Assembly (NCBI GenBank): GCA_043228905.1
Contig: JBHGNT010000001.1
Location: 3,968,001 to 4,032,000, forward strand
Length of the DNA stretch: 64,000 bases
Direction of reading: 5' to 3'
Source of the DNA: Azolla caroliniana
Taxonomy: Eukaryota; Plantae; Polypodiophyta
The translations under genes were made by a program, and so were the position numbers. The notes beneath the pieces were generated by a model, which saw only the letters and a list, made by a program, of their open reading frames with translations, searched no databases and was not told where the DNA came from. Shown here in pieces: positions 23,551-36,237 of the stretch; position 1 is the stretch's first letter, and every line of letters starts with the position of its first letter.

Positions 23551-26162
23551 AATGTCTGGAGTCGAGCAATGTCTTCCAATGACAACAACCCATTTGGCTT
23601 GAATTGTTGTATGTTAAATGCTTCCAAGAGACAATTGTAAAGGGTGATGATATCATTAAAAATCTGCAAGCTTCAAAGCATGTACTCTCGTCGACCCTCA
23701 AGAAAATGCTTCCAAGTCCACAACATCAACACTCATAAAACAAAAAAGAAAATGAGTCTACTCTCCCATCGTGAAGTATGCTTCAGCCCCCGCCAACCTC
23801 ATGACTCATCGTTATCAAACAAAGAATCTGTTTTTTCACAACACTATCTTCCCCATTATACCATAATGTTTGATATGTTATGTAAACGAATTAACAATGA
23901 AGCCATGAATAAATACGTGGGAAATAATTTCACGTTGTGTTTTAGCATGTAATGTTTGTTGCTAAGTGTTATGCTTACCCAATATTTCCAACTTATATAT
24001 CCACCCGTCTTTTCTTTTGCATGTGATCCATAACTCTGCTGCATAAAATATTGTAGATGTACATTGTATCATTACAAATAATCGTGACAAAGACAGTCAT
24101 GTGGGTCTAGTCGCATAAACATTATCATTAGGTTATAATCATACAAATATAGTTGTCAAGGTACAATCATACAAATGCATAACTAGGATATACTATCAAG
24201 GATTCATTATATCACAATATATAATGTTTTTGGCAAAATAGCTTACAAGACAATTGCCTTATCTATGAAGTTGGGCATGTCACTACTTTTTGCATGGAAC
24301 TAAGACCTCAAGATCAATAATGATGATGAATCAATAAAGGGTTTTCCACATTTGTATGTACATATATGTGATTATGGATAGCATAACCCTCTCCACACGC
24401 AACCACTTCCAACTAAATCTAGCAAGCTTACCTCTTTTTAGCTTTGCTTGGTATAGGGCTACATATACACCAACATGAACATAGATTATCCCATCTTTTA
24501 TTCTGTCTATTGTGCTTTCTCCTTGTAAATGAAGATGGTTTAGGTTATGTGCATGGGTGGTGGAGAAACCATGTAGTGAAGACGTGTTGCCATATTGAAG
24601 AATTTAACTTCACTTACTTATTTGAGTTAAAATTTACAAACTGGTTGAAACTTAATATTTCACATCAAAACCATATCAAGGCTATGAATCCCCACCTCCA
24701 CACAAGTTGAATTTCTAATGTGAAACATAGAGCTTTAATCATTAGAAGAAAATAATTCAAAACGTTCCCTAATGGTTCATGCTTGGAATCAAATGAAAGT
24801 TCACGTTTTCCCCACTGGGACCAATCGAGACAAATCTATGATTTGGCTATGGATGCGAATAATATTTGCGTTCATCAATTCATGGAAAGACAGTTTCATT
24901 GCCCAACAACTCAAAACAATCTTAGAAACATTCCAATCTTTACAAGCCCCTACTCTTATCTCTCAGGCTTGCATAAAATGCCCTTCTTAAACCTTTAGAG
25001 TTAAGGGCAACTCATATACAAGTCAAGAGTTTTTTTTGAGAAAATCCTGCTTATATAATGTGATTGGTTTCTAAACTAAGGCCTAAAAACGAAGTTGACA
25101 TTTTACAATATGTCGTTGGGTTTGCAAAACCATGACCTACTCTTAAACCAATATATGTATGTATGAGTAAAGTGGATACATGTTGATGAAAAATGAGTGG
25201 TAGCACGACCCCCTACCAAACCTTAACAAAAATCAATATGCAAGATAGCATGTGTCCACTTGATTCTTTCACCTCTTTTTAATGTATGAACCAAGGGTAA
25301 TGGCATGTAATCTCATAATTTCATTATTAAAGATGATAGAATACCAATACTTTTTCTTTTAGGATTATTTTTACATAGTGAAAGATAGAAGAAAAAGTAA
25401 AGAATCTCTATTTTCTAGGTTTCTTATTGTTCAACTAAAGTTAGGGAATCTCTTATTACCTTCTCTTCCTTAATGTTATTTAATAATTCTATTGTTTGTC
25501 CCTCTCTCTCCCACACACTCTCCTACATTTTCATTTGTTTGATTCGATGACTTGTTCCTTATATGGTAATCTCTCCAAGAATCATTTGGTAGTGATCTAT
25601 CTCCATGTGAGTTCTAACTTTGTGCAATCATTCCATGAGTTGTGCCTTTCTCTCTTTTCCTCTAGGTTTTATCCATCCTTGTGGAATTTCCATTTTCTCT
25701 CAATACTTCACAAGTGTGAAAACCAATGTAGCTAGTATATTTTTATCCTTCTCTTTCCCCATCTCTAGCATTCGCTGAATGACATCTATTTTCTATAAAT
25801 GTTCTCTCTTAACACTCTATAGACGGTGCTTGTGACGCTTTGTTTCACATTGTTAATTATGTTTTAGTAGAGTTATGTACTCCAACAACATCATTAACTT
25901 TTATCTTCATGATTTCCCATCCATATATGTTTCTTTGTGACATCTCATTTGAACACTAGAAACTTGTGTATCAGTTGAATGCACCTTTCCCAACCCTAGC
26001 TTTGATAGTTCGTCTGAATATCTCCGCCTCTTTTAAATTAACTACACAAACTTCATCTACGAAATACACCCAATGATATGCACTAGATAAAGGAAACATG
26101 TATTCTATATTATGTGATGTGCTTATTCAGTCCGTATTTTGGGCCTTGCCTTGGTGGTAGTT

Positions 26163-26354
26163 TTCTTTTTCTTTTTTCTGCTTTGAAAAAAATATCCTCC
26201 ATTGATATTAAAATTAAAGTGACCAAGGGCAATATACAAAATAGTCCAATATTACAATGAATATTGTGTAGCGTGCCAAATGACACCAAGCCAATTTTTC
26301 TAGGTAAAGATAAGTAAGAAAAAACCCTTAGCCAATCTTTATAGGCAATCTTCA
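26163..26354 (-). mobile_element. 192-bp retroposed fragment (truncated LINE/SINE)
   Basis: 17-bp TSD TTGCCTTGGTGGTAGTT (26146-26162, 26355-26371); A-rich tail on the - strand. Confidence 0.75.
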
Positions 26355-29300
26355 TTGCCTTGGTGGTAGTTATCTAGAGTTAACCATGATAAATTTTCTA
26401 AAAGACCTCCATTCTCTCCCACATCCCTTAAACTTCACATTTCTAACCAAAAACACATTATCAAGGGGCTGTATATACCTCACACAAATCTCATCCATCA
26501 ATGAACTTTAAAGATCCTAAAGTGATACCTATGTCGACATGCCATTATTATTTGTAGTTTCAAGTTATTAAGACTGTTCCCATGCCAACTATTGTCTTTA
26601 TTGCTCTTCTTAAGACATTCTCTTCATCTATCTTCAATGTGAATTGTATGTCTTATAACTCTTTATTTCAAATGTTTTTATCAACTAGCTTACCGTAGAT
26701 AGTATGCCTTCTCTTCATTGACAACGAGTTAGTTGGTCAATAATTAACATCCAATAAATCTCATAATGTTATCATTTGACTAAAGTAAACATGTCACATT
26801 CATTAGTTTCAAATTGTCCAAAAATGTATCTTGGAATTACATGAATTATAATAGTTTCAATCAATGACCAGAATCATTATATTTTAAGGCAAGCGTGAAT
26901 AGCAATTGATCATGAAAAAATGCAATCCTAACATAATCCAAAAAAAAAACATGTTTCTCATTGTTTCAAACTGAAATTACAAAAAAAGGAAGACGTGTAG
27001 GAATATGTACCAAGATGAAAGTGTTACATGATTTTTATTATTGTTGTAAGTACGATTATTTTGTCACTATTGTACCAAACTTTAACTTATTCCTATTTTT
27101 TAGCATTGCATTTTAAAGGGCAAACTTATTGCTTTTTTATTGACCTCATAATACACAGGAAAAGTCAAATGTCATTGTTGCCAAATTTAGCGTGTGCATC
27201 ACGATTCACAACTTGTATAAGACATATTTTCATAGTGAATGTTTCCTAAAAAAGATGTATCTCACTCCACACTCAAGTTAGTTTATGCATACTTCTTTGC
27301 TAGAATTAGGAATTCTAATAAACTATCTTGGCACTTGTAGAGACTATCAATGTTTTCCTAAACAAAATATCCTTTCATTAGTTATATAAAAAAGTCATAA
27401 AGGGCCACGGCTACAACATACAAAGTATTTTTTCTCCAAGCCCATCTTGTGTAAGACAATGGCTGAAGAAACAAATCTATGTACTCCAAAGTAGAGAAAA
27501 CAGTCCAATAATTACAAGCTATTCCATAGACACATTGCAAGGTGTCCATATCCATTGACAACAACAAAAGTAGCTCTATTCGGAAACAAGCCCTCTCGGG
27601 TCATAGTTATGAATTAGTTTTCTTCAATGTTGAACTAGTTTTCTTCTAGTTTTGGTTGAAAATTTACTTCTAATACCATAATCTACAATTGGGGATGTCT
27701 AAAATCTTTTAGCATATGCAACATTTCCATGTTTTGCTTTGGCGTTGTCATGTTTATTTGTCATTTTTCTTTTGTTGTTAAAAGAGAACCATTTTAGTTC
27801 AAGGTTTTCTTTCAAATTAAATCCACACTTTCCCTCTTGGAATATAACATGCAAACATCAAGAATTATCTTTACAATTCGAAATTATGTACGGTTCCAAG
27901 AACAATGAATTTATTGATGGCAAGAGAGTGAAGATTGTACCAAAAGCCTTTACAATCCTTTTGTTCAAGATGTGTAAGTGGTGACCGTGTTTGGAAGCAT
28001 AAAAGTGAAAAGATGAAAATATGCGTGTATAAAAAGAGAACCATACAAGGTATGTATTTAATGAGTTGAGTTATTACGAAAGAATGGAAGACAAATAAAA
28101 GGACATTGCATTGAGGTGAGGGTCTTTTTTGTTTATTCAAACTCATAAAAAACACCAACGCTCCAATGCATGCACTTTGTACATACATAGAAGTAAAGAC
28201 AAGGCAAAATTCTAGTGAAACATAAGCGATGTTTAAAGTTGTCACTCTACCTCTTCCAAAAGTTGCCAATGAATTTGTTGTTGTACTTTGTAAATTAATT
28301 CCTCCATATACTTCATTTGGTGGACTCGTCAGACATTGCGCTTTGCCTGATTAGCAATACTACTAAACTAATATTAGAAGGCAATGAATGCATTGAGAAC
28401 ACTAGAATTAGAAGAGTTTACTAATGAAGGAATCATTAAACCTATTGCTTAATACTTGAAATCACATGCTTAATGTGACAAAGTTTTGGAAGTTCAATAA
28501 CATAGTGTATCGAATCCCTAAACAATATTAAAAGGGGTTGTCCAAAATATCCTATAGATTGTATAAAGATGATGGTTTCATATTGTTCTTTAGCGAATAA
28601 TGCATTGTAATAAGTGCATTTTCTTTATTAGCGTCTAAAATACAACTTCTTGTGCATGGCTTAATCCTCTAACATAGTTGACTCATATGTTGGATTCTAA
28701 AGATATAATTTGAGGGCTAGTCCTTTAAGAAAAGGCGTAATGCAATAAATGCTCTATTTATAAAGACCATGCTTTCACAATTTCCTTCAGCACATAATGC
28801 CTTGTTGTCAGTGCATTTTGTGTCAGTACAATTTCCGTCACATTTCTTGATTTTTTACATAGCACTAAGATAGTGGACTATTGAAGTTACGTAGTTTCGA
28901 CTCCCACATATTGTCAACCATTTTTTGGCAGTGATCTAATGTATAAATGCTTTATTTTAGCTAAGGGGCAATAACTTCTTGCACTATCTCAAAAGCAGAG
29001 TTATTTATGGCAAAAGTGTAAGGTATAAGTATTTTGACACAAAAGAGAGCAAAGACTTCATATCATCTTGTTGCGGGAAAGGTTATATCCACAAATGTTC
29101 TAGCTTTGCAAATACATAAGAAACTATAAAGGTAGGACAATACTAGAGCGCAATGGCATTAAGTCGAACATTGTACTATAGTTGTAGTTTGCTAGATGCC
29201 AAAACATTCATTGAAACTTACCGATGCGATCAACCTCATTTGGAGCATAGATGAGACATCAATACAAAGTGTGAACGCCTTGCTAAATTGATGTGGTAGT

Positions 29301-30266
29301 TGTTTTAATGAAATATGATGGTTCCTTAGAGGGATTTAAAGCGAGGTGATGAAAGAATTGTATAGGAGTTAACTATTGTACATTAAATGCATTGCTATTA
29401 ATGAAATGGAGACAAATTGCTTCATAAATATTATTATCCTCCCCTCCACTCACTCTTTAGTATAACATCACAATGAATTTTGGATCCTTTTTGTCATGAT
29501 AGGACTGTGGTAACAATAGGTGCAATGTCATTTTACAATGCTCTAATAGGAGGGGGAAAAGTTGGGCTAGAGAAAGAGGCTTCACTAGATTGATGACGTG
29601 GACAACTTTCACTATCCATGCATTCAAGTAAGGTGTGTTGCACAAACATACACATCCTAGTGGAGTACTTCTAATGGTATCTACCACCAAGAGTGTATCA
29701 TATATTTAAGAAGTTTGCCACACTACATAAGAAGTTTACCAAGTCGATTGCTAGATGCCATTACGAAAGGCATATTTGGATGAATGACGTGAGTTACGGA
29801 TAAAAAACTTGCCCAATCTCTATCTATGATCTTGATTTTATTAACTTAGGTCGCTAATTTCTAAACCTACTTTGAGACACCTTTTTACAACATCAAATTC
29901 TTTATGGTACCAAAGACCCCATTCCCTTAGGTACCCTATTAACTTAGAAATGTCTCACTTAGGATTATTTTTATGATTATACTATTTTACAATTGTGTGG
30001 GCTTGGCGTCACTCCACAAGCTTAATTCTTTCACTCGAGAAAAAGACGCCACCGGATCACCACATGTTTTTTTCTCCTCGAATCACAAAATATTGATCAA
30101 AATGAACAAGTGGCAATGACAGACCAATATTCAATATATGAAACTCTGACTTGTCTAAGGAAGATGAGGTGGTAAGGATAAGATTGTGGATAACTCGGTC
30201 AATGCTAGCTGCCCAGACATTCTAAACAAAGTTAAAATATGGTGTAATGTTGTGGTTGTCAAGTAA

Positions 30267-30350
30267 GTCAGGATGGCCGAGCGGTCTAAGGCGCCAGACT
30301 CAAGTTCTGGTTCTCGTGAGAGAGCGTGGGTTCAAATCCCACTTCTGACA
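30267..30350 (+). tRNA. trnL-CAA: tRNA-Leu(CAA)
   Basis: 84-nt GTCAGGA..TTCTGACA cloverleaf; anticodon loop CTCAAGT; long variable arm; A and B boxes; upstream CAA; T5 terminator ~8 nt downstream. Confidence 0.97.
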
Positions 30351-31619
30351 GAGATCGTTTTTCCTTATTACTTTATATGTTAATAATATATACGATTTAC
30401 TCATCGTCATGATCTTCAAGGACATTAATGCTTGTTTTCTTTTTCCATGGATCCTTATTGGCTTGCAAGGGTCACTCAAGCTTCTGTCATGCATTGATGT
30501 TTTTTATCTAATTTATTCCTACAATCTTGCTAACTTCTTTCTTATCAGTTTTTTAACCATCCGAAAGCTCAAAGCTTTGAGATACACACCTATATTGCGT
30601 TGGCAAAATGTATTTGGTCAAAGTGTCAAAATCCTGCTTGATTTCAAATATGTTCTTAATTGACTCATTGGTTTCTAACATGTTTCTTTAAGGATACCAT
30701 TAGTAAATAGCACTAGAAATTAAGATTTTTCCACCAGTTTGAAAGTAACACCAATGAATTAGCAGATACAAAGTAGAGGAAGAATTTACATTACTGAACA
30801 TACTACTTTCTTTGCCAATGCATCCCATTCAAAATATTTGAAACTCCTATGGAATCAATGCATCAACTAGAGAATAAGCGGCCTCTCATACATGAATAGA
30901 AGTTTAAACAAGTTCAGACTATGCATATACCCAAATTGGCAGCTAATCCACCTAATCCATTCATATAAAATATTGTTAGGCCAATGCCTGTAATTGAGAG
31001 TCCATTTTCATCAACCAATCCTTCCCAGTGCTTTCTCAGGTATGACATATAGAAGTTCTATATATATTAACATTGTAACTGTGGCGTACTGAAATAATTT
31101 AATTCTACTTTACCAGAATCAACAGAGTTGAATATCCTCTAACAGAAGACCCTAGTAATAAATTACAAAAATAGATACTCAAATCCAAAGGAAGCTATAA
31201 ATAGTAATTAGTTTTTAAACCATTCTAACTAAAGATAGTGAAAGATACTTTGGAACGTTTTCTCAGGCCTCCAATAAAATTAATCAGGCCAAAAAGACTT
31301 CAATGAGGACATCCATTCTTGACCCATCAAAAATAATTTCAAAGATTTTCATAACTGTATATACCTAGCATCCTCAACAAGGAATACCCAAACTGAAATG
31401 ATCAAATCATCAGTCAGTATATGCATCTTGAAGAAGACTTTCCTGAAACTTTAATTAACAAAGATGGACTAAAGAATAACTTTCAATATTATAATGATGC
31501 AATCATACTCATGTTGCGATGTTGCTGAAAATCCTCAAAAAAATCTGAACTGATATTACATGTCATCCTTGTAAGAAGGTCAATATATGTGCAAACATGT
31601 TACATAAACAGGCAAATCT

Positions 31620-34600
31620 TTACTGCTCATAACCTTCTGAAGTTCCATTCTCAGTACTAGCTGCCATTAGCTCATCGAATTGGTCTGACTTCTTTAGGAT
31701 TATTTGCATCTGTGAAAACAAGGTTAAGATATGTCATTCACTTGAAGAAAAATGTAATGAAAAGCATCACAGGGAAACTATAACACTCCACAAATATGGT
31801 TTTTCTTCCTGATTTTCACCCATATTAGTGTGATTTTAGGTTTAAATTATTCTACATTACAGTAGGAGATGAAATAAGGCTGCACTCATTTAAAATGTAG
31901 TGACTTTTCTTAGGTAGGGTACCATAGTTTATAGTTAGACCCACAAATTCAATTCAAGGACATGATTAAATTACTATTCACCTTTGCTTTTTGTACAGCA
32001 TGCCCTTCAGCCTCATCAGCAATGTCAATAGTTGAGGTATATATCTCTGGAAAAAAGAACAGACACTTGTTATGTTTCCAATTTTATTTCTTTAGTGTCA
32101 CATATATATCCAACCATCCAGACTTGAAATCAGTTTCTCCTGCCTAACCCTCCACATGACTTATAATGTCACAAGTTATAACCACACCCATAGTGCCATG
32201 AGTGCACACTGCAGACTGCAAAGAATCTAGGCAATGGCATGCCAAAAGCATGAAATGCTGAGCCAAAATGAGATATGTGGATTCGCTCATCTTGTGAGGT
32301 CTGTGAAATTGTGATGGTGTGACTAAACCTTTCCATAACATATACATACATACAACCCAAACATCAAACTCAACATAGAGAGGTCCAAACCTCAAGAAAC
32401 TAATGAAATGTGAGTCTATTGTAACAAAAAACCTAGGCATCTTTCATATTCCTCTTTAGAAAGAGACATATTCCTCTTGATTCTTGACAGAACTATTGAA
32501 CTTCACACTGGTAAAATAACTTTAATTTTTGTTCACTCTGAAAACAGAACAAATTCAATTCGTGAAAAGAGTAAACCAAACCATGACCTATTCATCGTGA
32601 ATTAAAGATCAATATCCTGGCAGGTACGGTGAGCTAATCATTCAGAAATTTTCCTACAGTTCACAAGAAAAACTTACTTTTTACAACAGCTAGCCCATTG
32701 TTTTTCAAAATCTCGACAACCGTCACAACGGTTGAGATTGCTGGAAAGAAAAAGTGAAACATTATTACATGCATTTAACAGAATCTGGTGATGTTCATAA
32801 CGATTTGCTGTTACCACATACCCATTCCAAGTGCAGAGAGTTCTACTTCTTCATATTGCTGCAAGAACCTCTACAAATAGGAGTTTAACAGAAGGTTAAT
32901 AAATTTCATGTTACATACAGAACCAAATAGATGAAAATTAAAACGTACAAATATCATTTTGATGAATTATCAGTCTTTGGCATTTACAGTTATAAACGAA
33001 CATCATAGCTAAGCTGAATTTAAACATGCCATTTCAAATGCTACATTTCACTCTATCAACATAATGAGAAAGCATTAAGTTAAGGACCCACATGAACCTC
33101 AATTGCCATTCTTGTTTATTATAGAATATAGTAAAAGGATCCACATGAACCACAATTGCCATTGTTATTTATTGACAAGCTTCCTGATCTGTTGATATGA
33201 AACAATATGAAGATGAAGCCTGGTTAAAACCAGTTATAGGACTAGAACCTTCTTTGAAACATTCCATATTGTTCACAAGTATATCTTTCTAATACTGACA
33301 CAGTTCACCATTCTAATTTTCTTATAACCGTGAACTTGGAGAGAAATAAAGTTCCTTGAGAATTCTTCCTTCTCAGAAATGTGGAAATATGAGGACTGAA
33401 GGTACGTGCCAGTATATCTTTTGATATCACCAGAAAGAATAGTCTGTTTCTTGTTTAAAAAAGGACTGTGTGAGTAACGGATTTCTTGAAACAACCAGAG
33501 ACATTCCTTTTCAGAAAACGTCAACTTTGGAGAGAAATAAAGATCCATTTTTTACCTTCACTAGTAGGTGCCAAAATTTTTAAAAGAAGGCATGTCTTGA
33601 AACAATCAGAATTCATTCACTTTCCTCATAAAACGTGAACTTTGGAGAGAAACAAGGAAAACAAATATATACTTTCTACCTTCACAAGTAGATGCCAAGA
33701 ATTTAAAACGAAGATGCGTCTGCAAAAAACCCGAAATATTTCGGGTCAGAAAACGTCTACTTCGAAGAGAAATAAAGATACCATTTTCTAGCTTCCGAAA
33801 TAGATTCCAGGAAATTAAAAGGATGGTGCTAGTATTAGAAATAGTTAAGGTACTAATAGACTCTCTTTCGAAGAAAAAAATCTATACTGGTTATTTCTTT
33901 TGATGAGAGATGCGAGAGAAAAGATGATTGATAAGATTGACGAAAAAAAGAGAGACCAAGGACTCACCCAAAGATAGTTCTGGACTTAAAAAACAACTAA
34001 TCAAGTAAATAATGTCCTGAGAACGTTCAGAAACTATGAAAAACTTCAGGAGATGCCATGCGGCATTAAATGCAGAAAAGAAATCAAGAAAAGAGGTCAA
34101 GAAACTTTCGCCGCTATGCTTCAAGATTTCTGTCGTTCTCCCCACAATGTGAGAGGGAATGGCAAAGGTTTCGTGGAGAGGTTGAGATAGAAAAGAAAGA
34201 AAAACTGGACGGCCAGGAAAGCATCAGATATGAGATGCTTTTCATAATCCGTCAGGATTTACTCTGGTGCACAGGAGTGTGACAGGAAGAAAAGAAAGCA
34301 AGGAAGGAGATCAAGAAACCTTCCCCACTGTGCTTCAAGATTTCTGTCGTTCTCTCCGCAATGTGAGATAAAATGACAAAGGTCCCGTGGAGAGGTTGAG
34401 ATAGAAAAAAGACAAAAAAAAAGGGATGGCCAGGAAAGCATCAGATATGAGATGATTTTCAATATCCGTCACGGTTTACTCTGATGCTCAGGAGTGTGAG
34501 AAAAAAATGATGAAGGATCCATGGCGTACCTTGGCGAGATTGACATAGAAAAAGAGAGGCTTTTTCGTGTTGGAGACTTGGATTCTGTTCCTCTTAGCGG

Positions 34601-34658
34601 TGTCTTCTTCCTGAGCCTGAGCCTGAGCCTGAGCCTGAACCTGCGTCTTAGTCGCCAT
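31620..34658 (-). CDS. ALBA: Alba DNA/RNA-binding protein (short Rpp20-like class, At2g34160-like), 131 aa
   Basis: Exons 34658-34530, 32870-32822, 32740-32678, 32046-31982, 31709-31620 splice in frame: KRNRIQVSNTKKPLFFYVNLAKRFLQQYEEVELSALGMAISTVVTVVEILKNNGLAVVKKIYTST..QKAKMQIILKKSDQFDELMAA. Confidence 0.95.
33325..33830. repeat. Diverged ~115-120-bp repeat, ~4 copies, in Alba intron 1
   Basis: Recurrent AAAACGTNAACTTTGGAGAGAAATAAAG-like core at ~33328, 33515, 33630, 33750. Confidence 0.8.
34093..34499. repeat. 214-bp tandem duplication in Alba intron 1
   Basis: TGCTTCAAGATTTCTGTCGTTCTC at 34117 and 34331; GGCCAGGAAAGCATCAGATATGAGATG in both copies. Confidence 0.92.
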
Positions 34659-34688
34659 GTCCGAGCCTCTTGGAACGAACCTTCTCAG

Positions 34689-34906
34689 AAACCCTAGGCA
34701 CAACAGTATGGAAAGAAGAGCAAAACCAACGACGACAAGCAGAAGGAAAGAAGAGGAGGCAGAAAGAAAGAAAGAAAGAAAGGAAACGCAAAGAAAAAGA
34801 TTGGGGCGGGGGTCTTCTCTTCATTTCTTCTGCCAGGAAGCTTTTGCTGGCCCAGTTTCGGCTTGAACGGAACCGTTAATCCATGGTTTAACGGCTTAAC
34901 GGTTCC
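34689..34906 (-). promoter_or_regulatory. Alba 5' region with telo-box, site II and clustered AACGG cores
   Basis: AAACCCTA at 34689; GGCCCA at ~34849; AACGG/CCGTT at 34866, 34873, 34890, 34898. Confidence 0.45.
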
Positions 34907-36237
34907 AGTATAATAAAAAGATTTGGTTTGATTCAATTATTATTAATCAGTTTGGTTTTAGTTCGATTGGTTCTAAAACTCGGGTTTATAGGTTTAAGTT
35001 GGTTTTTCGTTAACTGTTTTTTTAATTCTCTTCTATTTATCTCACACTCCTCATGCCAAAAATCGTGTTTCATAGTAATCCACCTCAGTTCAAATCTCCC
35101 TTAACCCCCACTCATCTGCCTATGTTATTGGGGGAATGTAGAACACATGATCATCACGCTAGGCTATCAAATGTAGAAGCTCGTAAATTTTCATGCGATT
35201 TTGGTTCGAGTAGAAGAAACGCAACAAATTGACCTCCACCCCCCCTTGGTTGGCTCTATTTGCCCTTGCAACATGTTGTTATACATGGCCTTCTTCGAGT
35301 CTTTGAACCCTAGGCTTGCCTGGAAACCCCCAACTCATTTGGCAAGTACATATACTTGCTAGAAATTCTTTCCCTCTCGCATATACATGGGAGAGCCTAA
35401 GAAACTTGTTATATCACTAAATTTAAACTTATCCATTGCATAGATGATTGCTTAATTCACATAGTTTAAAGTGGGAGATTGTTTCAAAACGTGGAAGCTT
35501 TTGTATATGCTTACGAGAGTCTAGAAATTTATAACACCGAAAATGTTATATGACTAATATGACAATGTGGTAGATCACCTCACTTTGGTTGTATGACCGA
35601 TGTAGCAATGTGGTGCATTGCTTGCCTCTGTTTAGGTAGCATTGGTTCACGAATTTCACGACTCGTTTAACCTACAACAATCAAGGATAGCTAGTAGCAT
35701 GCCATCGTTGGATAATGCAAGTAGAATCTCATAATAATAATAATAATAATACATGCCATTCACCCATCTTCACAATGCCTTGTAGATGGACAAATCCAGA
35801 AGCATATGTGATGAATATCGCTGCATAGGTGATGAACATTGGTGTTGAGATTTTTTAACTTAAAAAGACAGATTCCATTTGATGTTCAGGTGAAAGAAGA
35901 ACAATCATGCTTGTTATCAATAGCTTGTCATGGCTTGAGAAAAATTATACAAACACAAGGTGGTAATTAACCAAAATAATACAAATGTATGATTACTCCA
36001 AGATGCAGCATTTTACTGCTCCAACTTTACAATGATTATCACAAAAGCATCGACATCATGAATGGCAATGCCCTCCTCTCAATGCAAATGCAATCGCAAT
36101 TGCAAATGAAAATGCAATGAGTAAAAGAAAAATGGGTTTTTTTCCTCTCGAGTTCGATGACCCTCTCCATGTAGTCATCCTAACAAAGAGAGATTCTTAC
36201 AGATCATCACATGGTCCAAAGCATCTTTTGTTTCACG

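Noticed and set aside
28300-29400. Possible decayed transposase or viral ORF
   Set aside because: Too many stops and no recognisable motif.
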